Positions 1 to 13,940 of a DNA stretch of 64,000 bases are shown here, one piece after another. The first letter of the stretch is position 1. Every line of letters starts with the position of its first letter. The notes beneath the pieces were generated by a model, which ran no database searches, was not told where the DNA came from, and saw only the letters and a program-made list of their open reading frames with translations. This DNA is from Octopus sinensis (Eukaryota), in the NCBI RefSeq assembly GCF_006345805.1, contig NC_043001.1, positions 78,802,001 to 78,866,000 of the forward strand, read 5' to 3'. Position numbers and translations under genes: made by a program.

Positions 1-13
1 ACACCACACACGC

Positions 14-65
<52 letters not shown>

Positions 66-159
66 CGCGACAGAAATACGTATCACTGCGTACATATAAT
101 GTATAAGTATATACATAAATATATATCTAGATACAGATGACTAGATAAAAATATATGAA

Positions 160-197
<38 letters not shown>

Positions 198-1108
198 TGT
201 GTGTGTGTGTGTATGTGCGTGCGTGTGTGTGTGTGTGCGTGTATAATTTGATTCCGCATTACATCCTTCGAAGAAATTTTGCTCAGACGGTATTATTAAA
301 CCTGATACTTGTAATACACAATCCAACGTGCAATCGACTGGTAAGTTACCCAGAAATACATGATTTTGAAACGAACTTCTACAGAACACAGCCTTAATTA
401 CGCCAATACGTTTTTCTTATGATTATTATATTCAAACAATATGCAATCATTGATACGAGGAATAAGAACGATGTAGCTAAATACGGCAGCACTACGTTTA
501 ATAAGTAATCCTTCGGTTAATAGAGAATCGCAAGATTTCTCTGGGATATATAATTGGAATATGTTTCAAAGTTTCAGATCGAACTGATTATTTCCTATCA
601 TCTGTGGTTTATCTATGTGATTGTTCTTCAAATACAGACACAACTCAGCGTACGGCAATGATAGATTCCAAGACATGCAGCTTAACGCGATAGACGAACT
701 AAGAGGCAAAAACATCAGCCTATTTGATTTTATAAATGGTTTGTATACATTTTCATAAGTATTTTATTTTATTTTCCCAATATATTGTTTTTTTTATGTG
801 AATTTTTTTGTGCCTAATTGTTTTACACTTTTAGATATTCGAAGAGGCCAACGTCGGATTGATCGAGGTCGGTTCGTTGTCGGATACGTCCGAGGTCGGA
901 TAGCTTGAAGACGGATTGATCGAAGACGGATTGATCGAGATCAGATCGAGGTCGAATAGATCGAGGATGAAAAGATCGTCAAAAGAGAGATCGAGTAGAG
1001 ATGAGGGTAATTTTCTACCCATTAATTTCTTTAAAATAAAAAGGACGAAAATTTGGAAACGAATATGAAATAATGTAATTTGTAGTATGCCTCTAACGTT
1101 TACTATTG

Positions 1109-1825
1109 TACGAGGTGCATTCCAGAAGTTGGAGACTTCTTTTAAGAGAAACAGTCCTTGATGGTTATAATCTTAGTATGTTATTACGATATACCTAACA
1201 GGATGACCTGCAAAATTTTGCTAGTTCAGTTTGAAGGTGACAAGTGTGATAGCACACTGAAAACGGCCTTCCATTCACTGTTTGTCACAACTCAATATTT
1301 TGCAGAATGCATGTTTTTCGCCACCACAAAAGCCAAGAATAACAAGTTCACTCGGAAACGCATGACGATTCATTTTTCGAAAGCAATCATCTACAACGAC
1401 TGGAGTCAATGAGACTAGACGGTCAGCAAAGAGTACATTGAGGTAGCGTTAACAGTGGAGGAAAAGATTTTGTAACAGGCCAGAGCACCTGCACCAGGGC
1501 AGTGCGCCAGCCCACAATTTCGCCCTGGTAACTAACTACTTGCTAGAGATAGGTATCAAAACTGTTCCCCTACGGTCCAGACCTTGCTTTCTATGACTTT
1601 TGATTGTTACCCAAGCTGAAAGAGAAAATAAGGTAGGCTGTCAGAAGGGTCGTAGGCACCTTAACATAGGAAGACCTCCATGGGGGTTTTCACAAAGTGG
1701 CTGGAGCGGAACAGCAAGTGAATTGATGTCAGAGAATCCTACTTTGAAAGAGAGGAGAGTATGAGAGTATATACATCTTTTAAATTAATGTTTCTCTAGA
1801 ACAAATCTCCAAAGCTTGAATATTT
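1109..1825 (+). mobile_element. Degenerate, internally deleted mariner (Tc1/mariner) transposon
   Basis: Left end TA-CGAGGTGCATTCCAGAAGTTGGAGACTT (1109). Decayed transposase peptides: AKNNKFTRKRMTI..AIIY (~1330), QGSAPAHNFALVTNYL..GIKTVP, PYGPDLAFYDF*LLPKLKE (YSPDLAP-like motif, ~1570-1625), EDLHG.FTKWLERNSK*IDVRESYFE (~1670-1750). Partial right TIR AAATCTCCAA near 1803. Many stops and frameshifts. Confidence 0.75.
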
Positions 1826-3033
1826 AGCAATGTCTTAGGTATTGAAATGATGGGTTCAAACGACTTCCAGTACTTTTGCAGAATATAACAGGTAGTACAC
1901 AGGTAGTGTAGCGAGGTGCCGAAAAGCTGACACGGGGAAGACGAGCGTGCATCGAATCAACTTCTGATGTGGGCGATATATAGAATTCGTGACGATACAC
2001 CTTGCACATTATAAATATTGGCCTTGTGTATCACAAAATAACCTTTGTTTAATCTGCGATATTCATATCTCAAACGTCATTAGCCTTATAATCTTCAGCG
2101 TTATTAGAAGCTTTATGGTAGTCAACACGCCATTTTCATTTCGCTATTTAAAATTTTAATAAAGCGACATTTTAACACAAGGACACTAATTAATTCAATG
2201 ATTTTTCATTATATTCTGCTTATATTTCTTTCATTAATTATTTTTTTAAAAATATTTTCCTTTTGTCTGTCATTTTTCTTTTTTCCTTTAGAGAAGAGAA
2301 TAACATTTTGTACACTCTGCACTTTATAGTTTTGTATTCTTCAATAGTGAAAGATTGAATGAAATTCATTCATTCATTCTTTCCAACTATATTCTTTCTT
2401 TTTGTATTAATCTAGTTATTCATTTATTTCTATATTTTTTTATCATTATATTTCTTTGTAATAAATTTTTCTTAGTCATCTTCTGCATATTCATTTTCTT
2501 ATTTTCTTTCTTACAGCAAAATAGTTTTTATGATTTCTTCCCTTTCTTCACCGTTTTGTCTTATTTTTCCTTCTATTGTATTCCTCCATTTTCCTCCCCT
2601 CCCCACCATCATCCCCCTCCTCTTCCTCGCTCTTCATCACCATTATCATCATCATCATCAGCAGCAGCATCATTACCAACAACATCACCATACTCACACC
2701 GCCAGGATGATCACCAAAGCCATCAGGATCAGCAACATCATTGTCGTCGTTGTCATCGTCTGGGTCATCGTAGTATTTATTCAACATCATCATCGCAATC
2801 TTCCAATTCTCACTCATCTTCGCCGCCATCATCATCATTATTGTCAACACAACCACCATCGTCGTTATCATCGCCACCTTGTACTTCAACTGCATCCTGT
2901 TCTTTTACCCTCTTTGCCGCATCATCGTCTAACAGCTTAACAAACAGTTACGCTTTCGTTTTATCATATTTAATTGAAATCAGGGCCAACAAACACACAT
3001 ACATATGTGAGAGTATGCATATTACATATATGT

Positions 3034-3285
3034 GAAGCCACGTGGTGTGGTGGTTAGGCTGTTACACTCATGATTGCTATCGTATGTTCGATTCCCAGAC
3101 CGGGGTCGTGTTGTATTCTTGAGCAAAACACTTCATTTCACGTTGCTTCAGGCTCCCTTTCAATCAGAGGATAATGTTGGCCTGCTCGCCTAGCCTGTAA
3201 AGTGGCGTATAAAATGATGTAAAGAGCATTGTGACTAGCGATGTGTAACAAAATATGATAGTCTGGTCAATCAAGTATCCCATGA
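3034..3285 (+). mobile_element. tRNA-derived SINE with CORE-like central block
   Basis: A-box-like GTGGTGTGGTGGTTAGG, B-box-like GTTCGATTCCC, then TCTTGAGCAAAACACTTCATTTCACGTTGCT. The tail is shared with the copy at 28106-28422. Confidence 0.75.
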
Positions 3286-3309
3286 ATATATACATACATA
3301 TATATATTG

Positions 3310-3465
3310 TCTTCCCTTCTCGGGATCTTTCCTTTGTTTCCGACGAAGAGCTCCGCTCGAAACTTTAAACCCTCCTTCCCTTCTTTCCTGAGCATCAAAT
3401 AATACTTTAATTGTTCCACGTCCTCGCGTTGCTGTGTTTTTTTCTGTGTTTTCTTGTTTGGATTA

Positions 3466-3467
<2 letters not shown>
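3310..3467 (+). mobile_element. Solo 3' terminus (pseudo-LTR) of a Penelope-like element with a decayed minimal hammerhead
   Basis: GTTT-CCGACGA-A-GAGC/TCC/GCTC-GAAAC-TTT-AAAC at 3336-3370. It is followed by TTCCTGAGC..TAATAC..TTGTT, the same architecture as 32830-32970, and ends against (TA)n. Confidence 0.65.
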
Positions 3468-3513
<46 letters not shown>

Positions 3514-3839
3514 ATATGAATTTATATACATAAGGATAAGATCGTTATTCAAATACCGATCTTATTAGGTGGCCAGCATGGGAGTAAAAGCCTTCGAAGG
3601 TAATAATTATTACTAAAATTATAATTTAGGGTATCTAACAGATACCACTACGCTGGAAATAGCAGCCAAAATTTGACTCTAAAACCACATTAAATGTTCA
3701 TACAGCACCAGAACAGAAGAGTTTACTTTGTCTCTGTCTTCTTTCCTGGTGGTGTATGAACATTTAATGTCGTTTTGTAGTCAAGGTTTGGCTGCTATCT
3801 CTAGCGTAGTGGTATGTCTTAGATACCCTAAATTATAAT

Positions 3840-3887
<48 letters not shown>

Positions 3888-4730
3888 AAATGTAATAAGG
3901 AAGGAATAACCGATTGTCTTAGCAACTGCATGGCATTAGTTTACAGATGCAGAGGACTCTTACTTGAGAGCCTGAGTGACACCTCATGGCGTCATCGGAA
4001 CCTCAAATATGAAGTGCACACACACACACACGTATGCATGTGTGTGTATGTGTGTGTGTTTCTGTATGTATGTATAAATGACACTTATCAAAATAATTAA
4101 AATGTTAGTCATTGACTAATATATTTTTCTTCTCGCCATTTAAATATTTCTATATAGCTGTTTTCTTAATCGTTTATGAATAGATCATCACTCATCTAGT
4201 TAACATTTTGAAGCAGATAATATATCATTATTGTCTATCTTGTATACAAATTATGATTTCTATCTCACTCCTGAATCATTTTCTATAACACAATATGATT
4301 TCTTGTGACGCGACAATTATCAATTAGCAACAGATATTCTCCTCCGTGCGAAGGTGCATGGGAAATCAGGCAAATTGTTGTACTCAGGATCGCAAGATGG
4401 TATTTTCGATTACAGGACTAGACAGTGTGTTCTTGATTAAAACAGATAATTTCACTTGCTTCAAGTCTTCTTAGCTGCAAACGAACTGATGTCTCGTTCA
4501 TGGAGAATATTGTGGTCTTAGACACTTACACACCATAGAAGCTGGAAAACTAGATCCTAAGGATTCTAAGGGTCACGAAAAGTGTTTGTCCTCACCTGTG
4601 TTTCAGTAATGGATGGTATGTATCTTAATCAATAGAGTAAAGTGGAGTAAAGTGATCAACTTTGTTTTCATATAATGCATCTCGGGTATATATACTCGCG
4701 CACACACACACACGCCACACACACACATAC

Positions 4731-4780
<50 letters not shown>

Positions 4781-4901
4781 TATATATATGTGTGTATATA
4801 TATACATATATGTATGTATATAATACATATATATATATACATATATATACATATGTAAAACTATCTATCTATCTATCTATTTTTCTATATATCTCTTTCC
4901 C

Positions 4902-4932
<31 letters not shown>

Positions 4933-5083
4933 GTGTGTGAGTGTGTGTGCGGATATATATGTGTGTGTATGTGTGCGTGTGCATGTATATATATATATAT
5001 ATAATTAAATAATGAGGGTAGAAATTGATATCAATCAATTAACGTCAGTTTAAACCAGTGGTCTAGCATATTCAAAAGTTGCT

Positions 5084-5210
5084 AACAACAATAATAATAG
5101 TAATAAAAAAAATAATAATGATAATAATAATAATAATAATAATAAAGATGATAATAATAACAATAATAATAATAATAATAATAATGATAATAATAATAAT
5201 AATGATGATA

Positions 5211-5248
<38 letters not shown>

Positions 5249-5252
5249 AATG

Positions 5253-5310
<58 letters not shown>
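5084..5310. repeat. Compound (AAT)n/(GAT)n microsatellite
   Basis: Directly visible trinucleotide runs. Confidence 0.97.
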
Positions 5311-5312
<2 letters not shown>

Positions 5313-5529
5313 GAAGTGATTCAGGAAGGGTGACGTAAAAAAGAGGCCTTGAACACTAATCCAATGAAAAGAGATATACACCACACAAGTGCAACGAACC
5401 TCCACTGAATATATGAGAATAAGGTCGAAAGCGTGATTTGAACTCAGAACGCAGTAACAGACGAAATGTTGTCGTGCTAACGATCTCCCAGCTTGATAAT
5501 AAAAATAATAATAATAGTAATAATAATAA

Positions 5530-5580
<51 letters not shown>

Positions 5581-5584
5581 CTTT

Positions 5585-5976
5585 TCTACTATAAGCACAA
5601 GACCTGAAATTTGGGGTAGGGGATAAGTCGATTAAATCGACCCCAGTACTCAACTGGTACTTAATTTATCGACACCGTGAGGATGAAAAACAAAGTCAAC
5701 CTCGGCGAAATGTGAACGCAGAACATGGCGGTAGACGAAATACCTATTTTTTACTACCCACAAGGGGCTAAACACAGAGAGGACAAACAAGGACAGACAA
5801 ACGGATTAATTCGATCATTTCGACCCCAGTGCGTAACTGGTACTTATTTAATCGACCCCGAAAGGATGAAAGGCAAAGTCGACCTCGGCGGAATTTAAAC
5901 TCAGAAGGTAACGTCAGACGAAATACGGCTACGCATTTCACCCGGCGTGCTAACGATTCTTCCAGTTCGCCGCCTT
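5585..5976 (-). mobile_element. tRNA-derived SINE, major family, two-unit copy
   Basis: Reverse complement of head AAGGCGGCGAACTGG..GTTAGCACGCCGGG and body GAGGTCGACTTTGCCTTTCATCCTTTCGGGGTCGAT..AAGTACCAGT, with the body present twice. A further decayed fragment lies at ~5415-5495. Confidence 0.9.
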
Positions 5977-8173
5977 CCTTAATAACAACAACAACAACAA
6001 GAATAATAATAATGACTACAACAACAGATTTTCTTCCTAGATCCTTCCGAGACAAAGAAATGACAATGGGATTAGCAAGGTCTTCTATAGGAATATAGGA
6101 ATACAGTTTACTCAAATCTGATACGTCTATTGAAATAGATTCGAATGAAAATCATAAGATACAACGTGGATCTGGAAGAAATTGACAGAATCTGATTAAT
6201 ATTAAACACCCAACTCAATGCTGCAAATTAGAAATCGGACAATTTGCACAAGTAATATAAACACACTAACCACTCAGTTATAGGCAACAGTTTCGACATT
6301 AAAAACTGGGTGTAACCGTATTTGGTAGCTCGTAGCATGCACATTAAGCAAAATATATCTCGTAAATTACCTCCTGGCCCTATTTGCGAGGTTGGGCCAC
6401 CCATAATCTTCAATACACGAAGAATATGCGCCACTGGACGTGAGGAGCGCCTAATATGCTTCAGCATCTATTATGCCCTCATATAGGTTAGGTAAATCGC
6501 TGGAGTTGAAAAAAGACAAAACACGACGTGCAGCGTTCCGAAGCTGATACAGCTGTCATATATCTACGCTGTATATAAGGCGGACCGGATCTGAAGGTAA
6601 TGCACGAGTGAAACAAATGCCAGCTGTTAGGTTACAAAAGAAATGACAAACTTAAAGTATTCTTTGCAGTTTTTATTCCGACTTACTGCGCTCTAAGATC
6701 AAATACTGCCCAGGTCAACTTTGGCCCTCATTCTATCGAAACCCACACAAAAATAAAACAAAAACAAGACAACAGTACTACGTAGTGAATCTGGTGGAAT
6801 TGCAAGAAAATCGAATCGGATGCCTTGTGGAATTTTTATCGTTTACTTTTTGTTATGAGTTCAAATCTCATGCTCTACTCGAGTGATCCGTTAATCCTGT
6901 CGTCTAGGTCAATATAACCACATGACACCCGAATAAAACGTCGGTAGAACCTAACGAAGGATTTGTGTATTCAAAAGGTTAAGAAACAAAGTAGAAAATG
7001 TAACGAGAACAAAATTCCAACATACAGTTTTAAAAAACCGAGAGGAAAAAGTTATTGCTTGACTAGTATCTCACAGAATTCGACAAAGATTATGAGAGCC
7101 ATGATGAGAGTTTACAATTGATTAATATTTGTGGATTAAAACCCTGATAATCATAATTACGACAGCTCGCTTTTATCTCGTTATCACTGGTACGTTCAGG
7201 ATTGTAATAGTCAGGTTGTTGTCATGTGGCGTACTTCTTGCATGACTACACGTTATCGTATTCATCGCACAATTTCCTATCAAAAATAGCTGTCGACTCT
7301 ATGGCTACCAGGGACTGGGTAAGTGGAAATGTTTTGGTCAATTTACTTTGTCCTTGTTTCATAAATGTCATTTAAAGTTTACATCTTATTGATTCATTAG
7401 TGTAATTATCTGTAACTTAGGATTGCTCTTCTGCAACCTAGGTCAGCCTTCTTTCTGGTTTTAGTTCAGAGCGTTTAATAAATTATTAGACGTTTATCCT
7501 GACCATCATGTGTAATAGTTGAAGCTGGAATGGTTATGTGTATCGAAATCATCTGACCATAACTCTGTTCAAAGATACTGTAGGAAAAAATCAGCATACT
7601 GGTATCTTAAACCCGAATAAGAAAGTAGGATGTGTTACATTAGAGAGATATAATCAGTAACAGCAAAATATTAGCTGAAGTTTAAACGCTTTTCCACATC
7701 ATTTAAATCCTCCTGGTCATAGACCAAATTCTACATATATCACAATTGGTTCCATACAGTACTTCAAATAGTAGACTCAATTCACACATGGAGTATTAGG
7801 CGTTTTGGCACTGCCGTTGTCGACCCATCACTTGCTGTCACTGGTTCGGCACTGAATTTCACGAAAGACGTTGTTACGACGTTGTCTCTGAAACATTTTG
7901 GAGCACTGGAATTCCATTGTTATTCTGGTTGACAGCAAAACTGTAACCGCATCTACTCAACTTCTCGACTATAAAACTTTGTTGAGAGTTCTGCTTCACT
8001 TGATGTACACCAAAACTGCTGAAATATGAACGAAACGTGGAAAAGATACATTTTCTCAGAATAGATTTCTTTACATCGTTGACAAAGTAGAACTGACAAT
8101 GAATTACAATTTTGGCGCTGTGATCAGAAAAATGGCGTAAAGACGTATTTGTATCAGTCGAGTTCATTTAATA

Positions 8174-8226
<53 letters not shown>

Positions 8227-9029
8227 CTCTGTTAATATATCTGAATATATGTCTCTACGTGTATAAGAGGGTAGGATGGGTTTATGTCAACCGCGTTCAT
8301 TTATTACACTTTATCTCTCTCTTTCTTTCCATTGTATTATCTCGCTCTTTCTATTTTACGTGCGTGTACATGTATATATGTGTATGTATGTATGTATGTA
8401 TATGTTTGCCTCCATTATCAAAATGACCTGAAGACAAAAATGCCATCGCGAAAACAGGCTCAATGCCCAGTAAACCCTGCCAGATTAACAACTACCAAAC
8501 AGACGCACCAATCGTCCAATTTCGGTTCACAAAGTATATTCTATACTAACACCGTCCAATGAAATAGCACTGATAAGATAGCAAACCCTGTAAATAAAAA
8601 ATATTTCATTGAAATGTACTTCGCGGCATACACTAGACGATGATATACTCTCGCACAATAACTAAACATATACACTTATACTAATGATATCAACAGCTCC
8701 CACGAAACAACATTTTAGGATAGTAATCTGTATATTTTACTTGGCGTGAATATACAGTCACAAAGTGACAATGCAGCGGTATTCACTTTGTGTCAGTATC
8801 TCGTGTAGACGAATGGTTCTAGATCAGAGCAGCATTATACGTCTATATGAGATGCTTTCTGAAGTCGAATATCTTAGTATTGTGGCATTCTTATTGTATA
8901 TCCATGTTGTATAAGATATGCAGAATGCTATTGTGAACGAATATTGCGTCTGTAGTTAATAATGAGTTTTTAAATCCGTTTTACACTGTTGCCACTCATA
9001 AATATAACCGTTAAACGGGAAATAGCTTC

Positions 9030-10070
9030 TACGTATTCACCGTTCGACTCCCAAACGCATAATACGTACTACATTTTACGTAAGTCGAGAAGTTTGTGTT
9101 TCTGTAGATGCGTCTCAGATTGTGGGAATAGTTTTCTGTGTTCTTTTGGTGTGTGTGTTGGTGTGGGGCATGATATTTTACTGTTTGATCGTTATTTCAT
9201 TTGTTTGTTGGTTTTGGGGATTCCGCTTCATTTTCAGTCGATGTTGCAGAGGTAGCAGTATCTTTGGAATCTGGGCGTAGGCCTAGGCATGTATTTGAGT
9301 TTATAGGAAACAGAGACAGAGAGAGAGAGGGAGGGTTTAGTTGGGTGAGCCCCTGGATCTTGTGTGTGTTCGTTGTTATACTTTCTGGTGTTGAAGGTAG
9401 TGGTTGTGCATCTGCTGTTGGGGTATGGCGTTGGTGGTCTTGCTGTGTTGCTGGTGTTGCTGGTGTTGCTCTCGTAGCTTATGTTGGTGATCTTCCAGCA
9501 TTTGTTTATTTTACTGTTTCTGTTGTTGATGTTACCGGGGTTAGTACCGCTTTTGTTGTTGTGGTATTTGAGGACCTGGTGTTGGTAGTAAGGGTAACTG
9601 ATAGTTCCTTGTCTTTTGTTGACGGCGGAATGCTCTCAAGTGACCGGTCTCCCCACACAGGTGGCACCGATGGCTATTATACTCAAACGTAATATGCAGC
9701 TCTTCTTCTTCCGGGATAGGAATGAGGTTTGGGACAGGGAGCCTCGGAATATTTGACAGACAGAGATTCATTCTTGAAGAGCACTAAAATTCTTGCAAAT
9801 TCCTTGGCGCTCGAGATATAGTGCATTATTTCATTCAGCGCTCCTTCCACGTCTGCTGACTGTCTTCAGCTGTCTTGCGTTTATGGATAGATATTTATAT
9901 GTTACAGTCTTTTGTGTGTTACTGCCAACACTTCCTGATAGGCAGGATGACTATGTCAGCCCGTGATGTCTGAAGCATGCTCAGTTTGGCGTCCCGGGAT
10001 ATCTATGTCTTTTTTTTTAGGGTACCTATCTTATACTTTTCAGTGCCTTTATGAGCTATTGCTGAGAAAG
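9030..10070 (-). pseudogene. Decayed LINE ORF1 (gag-like zinc knuckle) remnant
   Basis: Minus-strand peptide HITFEYNSHRCHLCGETGHLRAFR matches CX2CX4HX4C with the last Cys changed to Arg, followed by a Thr/Pro/Gln-rich region. No ORF2 is visible downstream. Boundaries approximate. Confidence 0.55.
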
Positions 10071-10109
10071 TAATGCTGTTGATGGTGTTATTCAAGGAGG
10101 AAATATTGA

Positions 10110-10318
10110 TTTGAAAGTTTGGCACAAGGCTCGCAATTTAGGGTGAGAGAATAATTCGATTACCTCGACCCCTAACGCTCAATTGGTACGTATTTTATCG
10201 ACCCCTAAGGGATGAAAGGCAAAGTCGACCTCAGTGGCATTTGAACTCAGAACATAAACGTGGACGAAATGCTGCTAAGCATTTTCCACAGCGTGCTAAT
10301 GATTCTGTCAGTTCGCCG
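10110..10318 (-). mobile_element. tRNA-derived SINE, major family (older copy)
   Basis: GGATGAAAGGCAAAGTCGACCTC and TTTGAACTCAGAAC match the other copies; more diverged than its neighbour. Confidence 0.85.
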
Positions 10319-10342
10319 TATTAAATTCACGTTGAAAATATT

Positions 10343-10553
10343 ATTTTCTATTCTAGGCACAAGGCCCGAAATTTTTGGGGAAGGGGGCCAGTCGATTAGA
10401 TCGACCCCAGTATGCAACTGGTACTTAATTTATCGATCCCAATATCATAAAAGGCAAAGTCGACCTCCGCGGATTGTGAACTCGGAATATAAAGGCAGAC
10501 GAAATGCTGGTAAGCGTTTTGCCCGGCCTGTTAACGATTCTGCCAGCTCGCCA
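10343..10553 (-). mobile_element. tRNA-derived SINE, major family, with 24-bp TSD
   Basis: Full head, body and tail. Flanked by TATTAAATTCACGTTGAAAATATT (10319-10342) and TATTGAATTCACATTGAAAATATT (10554-10577). Confidence 0.88.
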
Positions 10554-11109
10554 TATTGAATTCACATTGAAAATATTGTTACCATTTGTGTTGCCGAGGC
10601 TGCTGTTGTTTTTGTTTCCTTCTATCATAATTTTTATTGGAGTTGTTGGCGGGACCGTGTTTGTGGTCGTACTGTTGTCGCTATTTGTTGATGTCTTTAG
10701 TATAGTCAATTTCATTGGGATGGGCAATCAATTACATTTTTGGAATCAAATTCCCATGTTGTGCTGTCACTGTTGCTTCTGCTGCTAGTCGTGATCGTGG
10801 TAGTGTGGTCCACTGGACTTTGATCTTTTTAAATGTTCAGGTTGCCTTCCATTTGCGGTTTGAAGGCGGAGAACTTGGATGTTTAATGCAACACGCTATC
10901 CAAACTACGTCTGACTTCCACCTCAATAGCATAGCGGACATTGCCGTGTTTGTTTCTAATATTATTCTTTCTACAGGGGCAAAAACAAATCGACCAACAG
11001 CTCTTGTGTCCAATAAGGTTTTCTAAGAATATAAAACAATTAAAAACATTGGAGACATTAAAAAAACAGAAGAAAATATGAGCAATACGACATGCGCCCA
11101 GCCAGTACG

Positions 11110-11234
11110 AATAATAATAATGGTGAGGAAAAATAATAATAATAACGACGATAACAGCAACAACAACAACAGCAAAAACAACTAGAACAAGAACAAAAAC
11201 AGCAGCAACAACAATAATAATAATAATAATAATA

Positions 11235-11287
<53 letters not shown>

Positions 11288-11307
11288 TTAATAATAATCA
11301 TAATAAC

Positions 11308-11388
<81 letters not shown>

Positions 11389-11513
11389 AAGAAGAAGAAG
11401 AAGAAGAAGAAGAAGAAGAAGAAGAAGAAGAAGAAGAAGAAGAAAAAGCGATAACAATACAAGTATAAAACCAGGAGAAAAGAAAACGCTGTTGCTTCCG
11501 TAGAATAATAATA

Positions 11514-11552
<39 letters not shown>

Positions 11553-11562
11553 CAACAACAAC

Positions 11563-11652
<90 letters not shown>

Positions 11653-11690
11653 AAGAAGAAGAAGAAGAAAGAGAAGAAGAATTGGAAGAA
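11110..11690. repeat. Compound (AAT)n/(AAG)n/(AAC)n microsatellite
   Basis: Directly visible. Confidence 0.97.
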
Positions 11691-11939
11691 GAAACTTTAG
11701 ATTGACAATCATATGCAAGAAAGACAAAGAGAGATGAGTGTTAAAGAAAAAGGAGAAAACAAGAAAATAAATAGGTATGCAAGTTTAAAATGAATAAGAT
11801 ACAAAAAAAGAAAATATAGGAGAAAGATGAGGCGAATTAAGAAAGGAATGACTTATAAGTAAATAAATAATTCAGCAGATTTTGCGATTGCCACGACAAA
11901 TTGGATCTCTTCCGCTAGTTATGTTAACGAAGACGAATA

Positions 11940-11941
11940 TG

Positions 11942-12027
<86 letters not shown>

Positions 12028-12200
12028 CATATATATTTACATACGTATATATATACATATATATATACATACATATATATACATATATATATACATATAT
12101 ATATACATATATATTATATATATATATATATTATATATATATATATATATATACATGCATATATATATATAACTATATATACATACACACACACACACAT

Positions 12201-12233
<33 letters not shown>

Positions 12234-12420
12234 GCAGAGAATGTGTATTCCCACGCAGGAAAAACTAAAACACACCCACGTATATATATGTATGTGAGTG
12301 TGCGTATGTGTGTGTATACATATATATATATGTATAGATACATACATATATATATATATTATATATATACATATATACAAAGTTATCTACATATATATAC
12401 ATATGTATGTATATAGCGTG
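11940..12420. repeat. (TA)n/(CA)n-rich microsatellite block
   Basis: Directly visible. Confidence 0.95.
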
Positions 12421-12629
12421 CACAGACGTATACACATCTATATATAATCCATGCACATGCAGTTATTATGTGGTGTAGAGTAGTTCACAAAACGAAAAAA
12501 ATAGCAACAGATTATTTTTGTTGTTGTTTCGTTTGGATTACTTTTGTTGTTTTTTAAATCTGCTGTTGCTGTTTGAGTAGCTACTGTTGCTCTTCACTTG
12601 ATTGGTGTCAGCATTATTCATTGAATGCA

Positions 12630-12876
12630 TATTAACAACACCATCATCACCACAACCACCATCCCTGTAATCATCTTCATCATCATCATCATCATCATCA
12701 CATCATCAGCACTGCCCCTATCACCATCGGCATCATCGTCATCATCAGTTTCGTCCTCATCACTCCGATAATATCTGCCTCTCCCAAAACGACATTCTCG
12801 TTGCCAACTACACCACATTCGTCACTGCCATTAACAGCCTGAACTCACGCAACCGCCTACCACATCGCTGTCACAC

Positions 12877-12907
<31 letters not shown>

Positions 12908-13360
12908 CTCTTCTTTGTCTTCTTCTTTGTCTTCTTCTTTTTCTTCTTCTGCTCTTCTTCTTCTTCTTCCTCCCCGTCGTCGTCATCACCATCATCATCA
13001 TCATCATCATCATCATCATGATCGCCGCCGTCGTTGTCGTCGTCATCATCATCATCATTATCATCATCATCCATCATCATCATCATTATCCATAGCCGCC
13101 ACCACAACCACCTATACAACCACCATTATCATCATCGTCATCATCATCGCGATCTTCGTGATCATGATCATGATTATCATCATCATAATCATCGTCTTCA
13201 TGGTAGTCATGATCATCGTCGCCATCAACACCACCCTTATTATCCACACCATCAACATCATCATCTGCAACATTATCGTCATCTGCAACATTATCGTCAT
13301 CTGCAACATTATCACTATCTTCATAAACCTCGTCATCATCACCATCATCATCATCATCAA

Positions 13361-13397
<37 letters not shown>

Positions 13398-13401
13398 GTC
13401 A

Positions 13402-13451
<50 letters not shown>

Positions 13452-13539
13452 CATCATCATCATCATCATCATCGTCGTCGTCATCATCATCATCATCATC
13501 ATCATCATCGTCGTCGTCATCATCATCATCATCATCATT

Positions 13540-13571
<32 letters not shown>

Positions 13572-13595
13572 TATCATCATCATCATCATCATCGT
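12630..13595. repeat. (CAT)n/(CTT)n/(CGT)n compound low-complexity block
   Basis: Directly visible. It generates the poly-His/Ser/Ile/Met/Asp pseudo-ORFs. Confidence 0.95.
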
Positions 13596-13940
13596 TTTCA
13601 CGATTTCCCTTTTTTTTTTGGTTTTCTCTGCCCACATCATTGCTTTCATCTATAACGTTGATGTTCATAACGTTATAAAACTTAAGCTTGTTAGTTATTC
13701 TATGTTACAGCTTCTTGTTTTTATCTATTGGTGTTTTGTCTTTGTTTTTTTTTTTTTTGCTGTTTTTGTTACTTCTGCTGTTTTCATCTTCATTAACATT
13801 TAACTTCACTGATTGGCTGAAGCGAAGTTACTCTGATCAGAGATTCGTAAGCTACAAGCCATTCTCATTACTGTTACACTTTCTACCAAACACATCAAAA
13901 GCCATTACTCGAAAAAATCTAGCGCTAATATATTTCATAG

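Noticed and set aside
3034-3110. tRNA gene calls for SINE heads (also ~14960-15030, ~28340-28420, 59461-59520)
   Set aside because: A and B boxes are present, but there is no complete cloverleaf and each continues into a repeat body.
6050-6140. Peptide DVSDLSKLYSYIPIEDL resembling a PLE RT motif
   Set aside because: Similarity is limited to LY..IP and there are no flanking RT motifs.
7291-7319. Small plus-strand exon-like segments with good splice signals (also ~21926-21946, ~37827-37853, acceptor at ~18070)
   Set aside because: Too short to identify, cannot be chained into a recognisable protein, and expected by chance in 64 kb.
7874-8167. 97-aa minus-strand ORF and neighbouring frames in unique sequence
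   Set aside because: No recognisable motif in any frame and no convincing splice boundaries.
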